Source: Alphaproteobacteria bacterium (lineage in GTDB: Bacteria; Pseudomonadota; Alphaproteobacteria; SP197). Taken from it: a stretch of 64,000 nucleotides of DNA. Of the stretch, positions 58,153 to 64,000 are shown piece by piece. How positions within the stretch are numbered: the stretch's first letter is position 1; each line of letters begins with the position of its first letter. The notes beneath the pieces are model-generated. The model did no database searches and was not told the DNA's origin. It saw only the letters and a list, made by a program, of their open reading frames with translations. The stretch is taken from NCBI GenBank assembly GCA_964291415.2, contig OZ219920.1, forward strand, positions 896,001 through 960,000, in the 5' to 3' direction. The position numbers and the translations under genes are program-made.

Positions 58153-59325
58153 CTAGAACCCGGCCTTTATCTCGTCGAACAGGACGATGTACTTCTCGCG
58201 CACTTCCGGTTTGATCTCGCCGAAAAAGCGGCTGTTTGCCATCATCGTGTCCGGATCCGTGATGCCGAGGTTGTCGAGGACGGCCGGATCGACCAGTTCG
58301 AACGACCTGGCGTTGGAGTGGCCGTAACCGTACATCTCGATCAGGTTCTTGCCGGACGCCGGCGCGAGCCAGGCGTCGATGAACTCATAGGCCTTGTTCT
58401 GATCGCCCGGGCCGTCGACAAGCAGCGTCAAGCCGCACACCCAGGTCCAGATGCCTTCCTTCGGGTTCATGTAGACGACGTTGACGCCCTGTTTCTTGAG
58501 CTCGACGATGGCGCTGTTCCAGGCATAGGACGCGACCATTTCGCCCGAGGCGAGCGCCTGTTCGACGCTGGTTTGATCGGTCCAGTAGAAGCGCAGGATT
58601 TCGCGCTGCTTGCGCAGGAGCTTCGTCGCCTCCTCCAATTCGGCATCGGTCATGTCAAAGGGATCCTCGGCACCGACCACGGAGCCGACGACGGCCATGA
58701 CGCCGTCGACCGAATCAAAGATGCCGAGGCGCCCGGCATACTTCTCATCGAACAGGATGGCCCATGACTCGTTCTTCTGGTCTTCCGTATCGACATACTC
58801 CGGCGCCAGATCGGGGCGGAACAGGACCGACGAGTTGCCCCAGTCGGCCGGTATGAAATAGGTCAAGCCGTCCTCGCCGATGCTGCCCGGCAGGACTTTC
58901 AAACTCGGGAAGACATCGGGGAAGTGGGTCAGCCGGCTGGTGTCGATCGGTTGCAGCACACCGGCATCGCGCCAGCGCCTGGTGCTGCCGACACACGGGT
59001 GGCCGATGTCCGATCGAAAGCCGGAGCGCAGCTTCTGCAACGCTTCCTCTTCCTCGCCGAACAGGGCAAACGCGGGCGTTGCCCCATAGGTTTCGACATA
59101 AGGTACGTAGAACTCGGGAAGCTCATAGCCGCCCCACTCGAACACCTGCAGCGAATCGTCGACCGGCAGCGATTCCTGGGCGCGCGCGCCGCCCGGACCG
59201 AACGTCATGGTCGCCAGGCCGACGCCGGCCGCGGCCAGTGCGCCTGTCGCCTGCCGTCGCGTCAGATCACCATTGTCGATACGTGAACGAAACTCCTGGA
59301 TGTCCATGGCTCTGGGCATGATCAT
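58153..59325 (-). CDS. Orphan polyamine-family (PotD/PotF-like) substrate-binding protein with Tat-like signal
   Basis: LTRRQ..GALAAAG; FEWGGY, WGNSSV, SWAILFD, PKEG..TWV; RBS GAGAGGGG. Confidence 0.85.
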   Translation of the reverse strand: MIMPRAMDIQEFRSRIDNGDLTRRQATGALAAAGVGLATMTFGPGGARAQESLPVDDSLQVFEWGGYELPEFYVPYVETYGATPAFALFGEEEEALQKLRSGFRSDIGHPCVGSTRRWRDAGVLQPIDTSRLTHFPDVFPSLKVLPGSIGEDGLTYFIPADWGNSSVLFRPDLAPEYVDTEDQKNESWAILFDEKYAGRLGIFDSVDGVMAVVGSVVGAEDPFDMTDAELEEATKLLRKQREILRFYWTDQTSVEQALASGEMVASYAWNSAIVELKKQGVNVVYMNPKEGIWTWVCGLTLLVDGPGDQNKAYEFIDAWLAPASGKNLIEMYGYGHSNARSFELVDPAVLDNLGITDPDTMMANSRFFGEIKPEVREKYIVLFDEIKAGF

Positions 59326-59594
59326 GTCCCCCTCTCGTGCTGCGACATCATGTTGATGACCGCTACGGTAAATCAACGTCCAGACGGAATCCACGCACAC
59401 GGAAGCCGGACCGGACCCGAGGACGCTTGTCCTCCTCCGGTTCCTGCGTTGGCGAGTCGCGGACAATCACCGTGTTCCGGGCCACCCCGGACCGGTCCGG
59501 ATTCAGGCGTTTCCGGCAAGTTGACACGCGTTATCGATCGACGGATTGTTCGCCGCGACAATCATGTGGGACGTCACGGACGGGAGGTGCAGGC

Positions 59595-60563
59595 ATGCGT
59601 TGGTTGATCGGGGTTGCCACGTCCCTGATGCTCTCGGTCGGCGCTGTCATGGCGGCGGAGCGATGGGATCTGCCGATGGCGTACGCGGATTCGAACTACC
59701 ACACGCAGAACGGCAAGCAATTCGCCGAGGCCGTGGGCGTGTGCACCGGAGGCGAACTCGAGATCGTTGTCCATGGCGGCGGCTCGCTCTTCAAGGGCAA
59801 CGAGATCAAGCGGGCGGTACAGACAGGCCAGGCGCCCATCGGCGAACGCCTGCTGAGTGCCCACCAGAACGAAAACCCGCTGTTCGGGTTCGATTCGGTG
59901 CCATTCCTGGCGTCCTCGTTCGAGGCATCCGATCGCCTGTGGCAAGCTGCCCGGGACAGGCTGACGAAGGTTCTTCTCGAACAGAACCTGATCCTGCTCT
60001 ACGCCGTGCCGTGGCCGCCGCAGGGGCTCTACTTCAACCGGGAGATCACCGGCGTTGGGGACATGGCCGGGATCAAGTTCCGTGCGTACAACGCCGCCAC
60101 GGCGATGTTGGCCGAACTGGCGGGCATGGTGCCGGTGCAGATCGAAGCTGCAGAGCTCAGCCAGGCGCTGGCGACCGGAGTGGCGGAGGCCTTCGTCTCA
60201 TCGGCCGCGACCGGTTACGACCGGAAGGTCTGGGAACATCTGAGCCATTTCTACGATGTCCAGGGCTGGCTTCCGCGCAACTACGTGTTCGTGAACCGGG
60301 ACGCCTTCGATGCCCTGGACGACCACGCCCGGAACTGCCTGCGCGCCGCCGCGCTCCTGGCGGAGGTGGCCGGCACCACCAGGGCGCGTGAGCTCACGGA
60401 CTGGTATCGGGCGCAACTCGCCGCCAACGGCATGATCGTCCTTTCCCCTGACGAGCGGCTCGCCTCGGACCTTGCCGCCATCGGCGCTGCGATGTCGTCC
60501 GCCTGGTCGGAGCTGGCCGGACCGGACGCGGCCGCAATCCTCGAGGCTTTCGAGTCCGAATAG
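59595..60563 (+). CDS. dctP: TRAP transporter substrate-binding protein
   Basis: Signal peptide; WDLPMAY..NYHT, PWPPQG, GIKFR, ELSQALATG; RBS GGAGG. Confidence 0.88.
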   Translation: MRWLIGVATSLMLSVGAVMAAERWDLPMAYADSNYHTQNGKQFAEAVGVCTGGELEIVVHGGGSLFKGNEIKRAVQTGQAPIGERLLSAHQNENPLFGFDSVPFLASSFEASDRLWQAARDRLTKVLLEQNLILLYAVPWPPQGLYFNREITGVGDMAGIKFRAYNAATAMLAELAGMVPVQIEAAELSQALATGVAEAFVSSAATGYDRKVWEHLSHFYDVQGWLPRNYVFVNRDAFDALDDHARNCLRAAALLAEVAGTTRARELTDWYRAQLAANGMIVLSPDERLASDLAAIGAAMSSAWSELAGPDAAAILEAFESE

Positions 60564-60590
60564 CGGTTCGTTCCACGGCATGCGCGCCAG

Positions 60591-61145
60591 ATGACGGCAC
60601 AGGACCCTGGCGTGGCGACCGCGGTTCTCCGGGTCCTGCGGCGCATTCTGGACGGCCTCTATCTGGCGGGCGGGCTGGTGGGGGCCGCGTTCCTGGTCGC
60701 GATCCTGGTCCTGGTGGTGGCGCAGATGGCGGCGCGCTGGACCGGTCTCGTGTTTCCCGGCGGGCCGGACTACGCCGGATACGCCATGGCCGGCGCGTCG
60801 TTCTTCGCGCTGGCCCATGCCCTCAACCGGGGCGCGCACATACGCGTGACGCTGGTGCTCGGCGCCCTGGGACGATGGCGGCGTCTTGCGGAAATCTGGT
60901 GTTACGGTGTCGCCACTGTCATCGCCGTCTTCTTTGCCCGCTACGCCGTCAAGACGAACATCTGGTCATACCGGCTGAACGATGTGAGCCAGGGGCAGGA
61001 CGCAACCCCGCTCTGGATCCCCCAGATCGCCATGTCCGCGGGCGCCTGTCTGCTCGCCCTGGCGCTGGCGGATCAGTTCGTCCGCGTGCTGCTGACCCGG
61101 CATGCCGGAGTCGAGGACCCCGAACCCGCCGACCGCGGAGGCTGA
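60591..61145 (+). CDS. dctQ: TRAP transporter small permease
   Basis: Four hydrophobic segments, GAHIRV, PLWIPQ. Confidence 0.88.
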   Translation: MTAQDPGVATAVLRVLRRILDGLYLAGGLVGAAFLVAILVLVVAQMAARWTGLVFPGGPDYAGYAMAGASFFALAHALNRGAHIRVTLVLGALGRWRRLAEIWCYGVATVIAVFFARYAVKTNIWSYRLNDVSQGQDATPLWIPQIAMSAGACLLALALADQFVRVLLTRHAGVEDPEPADRGG

Positions 61146-61149
61146 CCCC

Positions 61150-62574
61150 GTGCTCGCCCCGGACCTTCCCCGACGCCTCATTGTCGCCGCCGCCGGCGCG
61201 CTGCTGGCGGGTGGAACCCTGGCGCTGGTGGTGGCAACGGGTGCCGACGACATCTGGCTGAAGACGGCCATCTTCCTCTTCGTGCTGTTCTTCCTGCTGG
61301 GATCCGGCGTCTGGATCGGGCTGGCGCTGATGGGCGTGGCCTACGTCGGCATGGTGGCCTTCACCGTTCGCCCGGCCGGCGATGCGATGATCACCACGAT
61401 CTGGACGTCGTCGTCGAGCTGGACGCTCACCGCGTTGCCATTGTTCATCTGGATGGGAGAAATCCTGTTCCGCACGCGCCTCAGCGAGGACATGTTCAAG
61501 GGCCTGGCACCCTGGATGGCGCGGCTTCCCGGCGGCCTGCTGCACACCAATGTCGTGGGCTGCACCATCTTTGCCGCGGTGTCCGGATCGTCGGCGGCAA
61601 CCCTGATGACGGTCGGCAAGATGGCGGTGCCGGAACTGAGGCGCCGCCGCTATCCGGAGTTCATGACCATCGGCAGTCTGGCCGGCTCGGCCACGCTGGG
61701 ACTGATGATTCCGCCCTCGCTGACGCTGATCGTCTACGGGGTCACCATCAATGAATCGATCTCCAAGCTCTTCATCGCTGGAATCGTGCCGGGCCTGGTG
61801 CTGGCGGCGATGTTCATGGGCTACATCGCAAGCTGGCACTTCCTGCGCCGCGACCAGCGGCCGGAACCGGAACCGGCAGTGGGATTCGCGGAGAAGCTCA
61901 AGAATGCCCGCTTTCTGATTCCCGTCGCCGGTCTGGTGCTGTCGGTGATCGGCTCGATGTATCTGGGCCTGGCCACGCCGACCGAAGCGGCCGCGATCGG
62001 GGTCATCGGCGCCCTCGCGCTCGCGGCAGCACAGGGGAGCCTCAGCTGGAAGACGTTTGCCCAGAGTCTCATGGGGGCTGTGCGCACGTCGGCGATGGTC
62101 GCTCTCATCCTGATGGGCGCGGCTTTCCTGTCGCTCAGCATGGGGTTCACCGGCCTGCCGCGGGCACTGGCCGAGTGGCTCGCAGGCCTTGAGCTCTCCG
62201 TGTACATGCTGATTGCGGCGCTGACGGTCTTCTACATCGTGATCGGGTGCTTCCTGGACGGCATTTCGGCGGTCGTGCTGACCATGGCGGTGGTCGAGCC
62301 GATGGTGAACATTCCGGCGTTCCAGGAGGTCGGGTTCTCGATGATCTGGTTCGGCATCTTCGTGACCGTCGTCATCGAGATGGCCCAGATCACCCCGCCG
62401 ATCGGGTTCAACCTGTTCGTGCTCCAGAGCATGACCGATCACCACATGGGTTACATTGCCAAGACCGCCCTGCCGATGTTCCTGATCATGGTGCTGATGG
62501 TGGCCGTGCTGGTGGCGTGGCCCGAACTGGCCACCTGGCTGCCGGACACCACGCGCCAGGTCCCGGGCGGATAA
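61150..62574 (+). CDS. dctM: TRAP transporter large permease
   Basis: ALPLFIWMGE, FAAVSGSS, LGLMIPPS, TPTEAA, ITPPIGFNLF. Confidence 0.9.
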   Translation: MLAPDLPRRLIVAAAGALLAGGTLALVVATGADDIWLKTAIFLFVLFFLLGSGVWIGLALMGVAYVGMVAFTVRPAGDAMITTIWTSSSSWTLTALPLFIWMGEILFRTRLSEDMFKGLAPWMARLPGGLLHTNVVGCTIFAAVSGSSAATLMTVGKMAVPELRRRRYPEFMTIGSLAGSATLGLMIPPSLTLIVYGVTINESISKLFIAGIVPGLVLAAMFMGYIASWHFLRRDQRPEPEPAVGFAEKLKNARFLIPVAGLVLSVIGSMYLGLATPTEAAAIGVIGALALAAAQGSLSWKTFAQSLMGAVRTSAMVALILMGAAFLSLSMGFTGLPRALAEWLAGLELSVYMLIAALTVFYIVIGCFLDGISAVVLTMAVVEPMVNIPAFQEVGFSMIWFGIFVTVVIEMAQITPPIGFNLFVLQSMTDHHMGYIAKTALPMFLIMVLMVAVLVAWPELATWLPDTTRQVPGG

Positions 62575-62910
62575 CGGGTCGGCGCCGGTCGCAGGGTCGC
62601 TTCCTCCAGCAGGCGGCCTTGAACAATCCACCGGCAACCCTGTCTGGATGCAGGGCGGTGTGCCATCGCACGATGGAGCAGTTCCCATGCCTCCAGGCTG
62701 TCTCCTGGCCACCAGCGTTCTGACGGAAGCGGAGCGCCTCGTCGTGTCCGGGCGATTCGATCCCCCACGCGCCACACCGGTGTGTGACCGGAACTGTCTG
62801 CAGAGTGCATTCAGTCCCGGTTGCCGTCCTCGCCGGCGAGCGATTCTCGCGGCCTCATGCAACGCCGCTCACGGGCGAGACCGTGTGCCCTGGATGCCGG
62901 CAGCCGGTCA

Positions 62911-62943
62911 CCACCCCCGGCAGGGAACGGCTGCCGGGGGTGG
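62911..62943 (-). terminator. Stem-loop immediately after the BMP gene
   Basis: Perfect 13-bp stem CCACCCCCGGCAG-7 nt-CTGCCGGGGGTGG, 7 bp from the stop codon. Confidence 0.6.
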
Positions 62944-62950
62944 GCGGAAA

Positions 62951-64000
62951 CTACTGCGGCAACGTGGAGTCGATGCCCTCGACGTAGACGCTCATGCCGA
63001 GAAGCATGCCGTCGTCCGCAACCTCTCCATCGGCGACGAGGAGATTGCCTTCCTGGTCATGGATGGGACCGGTGAAGGGGTGGAGGGATCCTTCGGCGAT
63101 CGCGACACGGGCCGCTTCGGCCATCTCGACGACATCGGCAGGGATGGCCTCGTTGTAGGCGGAAAGCAACAGCATGTCGGCACCAAAACCGCCCCAGGTG
63201 TCCGAGGTGCCCCAGGAGCCGTCAAGGGCGGCCTGAACCCGTCTGACGTAGTAGGCGGCCCAGTTGTTGACGACCGACACGAGGTGGGCATCGGACCCGA
63301 AGGCGGTCATGTCCGACGCCTGGCCGACGGCCCACACGCCGCGATCCTGTGCCACCTGCAGGGCAGCGGGCGAATCCGTGTGCTGCATGATGACATCCGC
63401 ACCCTGATCGATCAGCGCCTTGGCGGCATCCCCTTCCTTGCCCGGATCGAACCAGGTCGACACCCAGACGATCTTGAATGATACATCGGGGTTGACCGAC
63501 CGGGCGGCGAGGAAGGCCGAATTGATGCCGCGGACCACCTCCGGAATGGGGAAGGAGGCGATGTAACCGATCACGTTGCTCTCGGTCACGCTGCCGGCCA
63601 CCAGCCCGGCAACATGCCGGCCCTCGTAGAACCGTGCCGAGTAGGTCGCCACGTTGTCAGCCTGCTTGTAGCCGGTGGCATGCTCGAATCGCACATCCGG
63701 ATACATCTCGGCGACGCGGATGGTCGGATTCATGTAGCCGAACGACGTGGTGAAGATGAGACCGTGCCCGGTTTCGGCCAACTGGGCGATCACCCTGTCG
63801 GCGTCGGCGCCTTCCGGCACATTCTCGACGTAGCTGGTCTCGACCTGATCGCCGAACGCCTCCTCGACGGCAAGCCGCCCCTGGTCGTGCTGGTAGGTCC
63901 ATCCGTGGTCGCCGATCGGGCCGACGTAGACGAATCCCACCTTGAGAGGCTCAGCCTGGGCTGGAGCCGCAAGAAGGCCTGCAGCCAGCAAACTTGCGGC
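62951..64000 (-). CDS. BMP family (purine nucleoside-type) ABC substrate-binding protein; start probably beyond the window edge
   Basis: KVGFVYVGPIGDHGWT..H, FTTSFG, FPIPEV.RGIN, WFDP.KE, QHTDS. Confidence 0.9.
   Translation of the reverse strand, partial: AASLLAAGLLAAPAQAEPLKVGFVYVGPIGDHGWTYQHDQGRLAVEEAFGDQVETSYVENVPEGADADRVIAQLAETGHGLIFTTSFGYMNPTIRVAEMYPDVRFEHATGYKQADNVATYSARFYEGRHVAGLVAGSVTESNVIGYIASFPIPEVVRGINSAFLAARSVNPDVSFKIVWVSTWFDPGKEGDAAKALIDQGADVIMQHTDSPAALQVAQDRGVWAVGQASDMTAFGSDAHLVSVVNNWAAYYVRRVQAALDGSWGTSDTWGGFGADMLLLSAYNEAIPADVVEMAEAARVAIAEGSLHPFTGPIHDQEGNLLVADGEVADDGMLLGMSVYVEGIDSTLPQ

Overview
GC-rich, densely coding bacterial window, most likely from an alphaproteobacterium (divergent hutG-like/cpdR-like pair, Fdh1AB-type formate dehydrogenase, many ABC/TRAP transporters). 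It is dominated by amine, amide and C1 catabolism: a histamine/trimethylamine-dehydrogenase-family flavoenzyme, a Rieske oxygenase, two CocE/NonD hydrolases, three N,N-dimethylformamidase-like large subunits with two small subunits in two loci, an N-formylglutamate amidohydrolase, an NAD-linked formate dehydrogenase, GFA, a BKACE enzyme, two PhyH dioxygenases and four SAM methyltransferases. It also carries two peptide ABC systems, a polyamine ABC system, a TRAP system and several binding proteins. Accessory features are two VapC toxin-antitoxin pairs (one with an atypical antitoxin), a large, probably secreted two-module ankyrin protein beside two truncated gene remnants, and a ~1.55 kb tandem duplication of a CmcJ/NvfI-like oxygenase. 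I saw no rRNA, tRNA, CRISPR array, transposase or conventional transcription factor. All product calls come from motif recognition by eye, not database searches. Many start codons were re-picked from RBS and overlap evidence.
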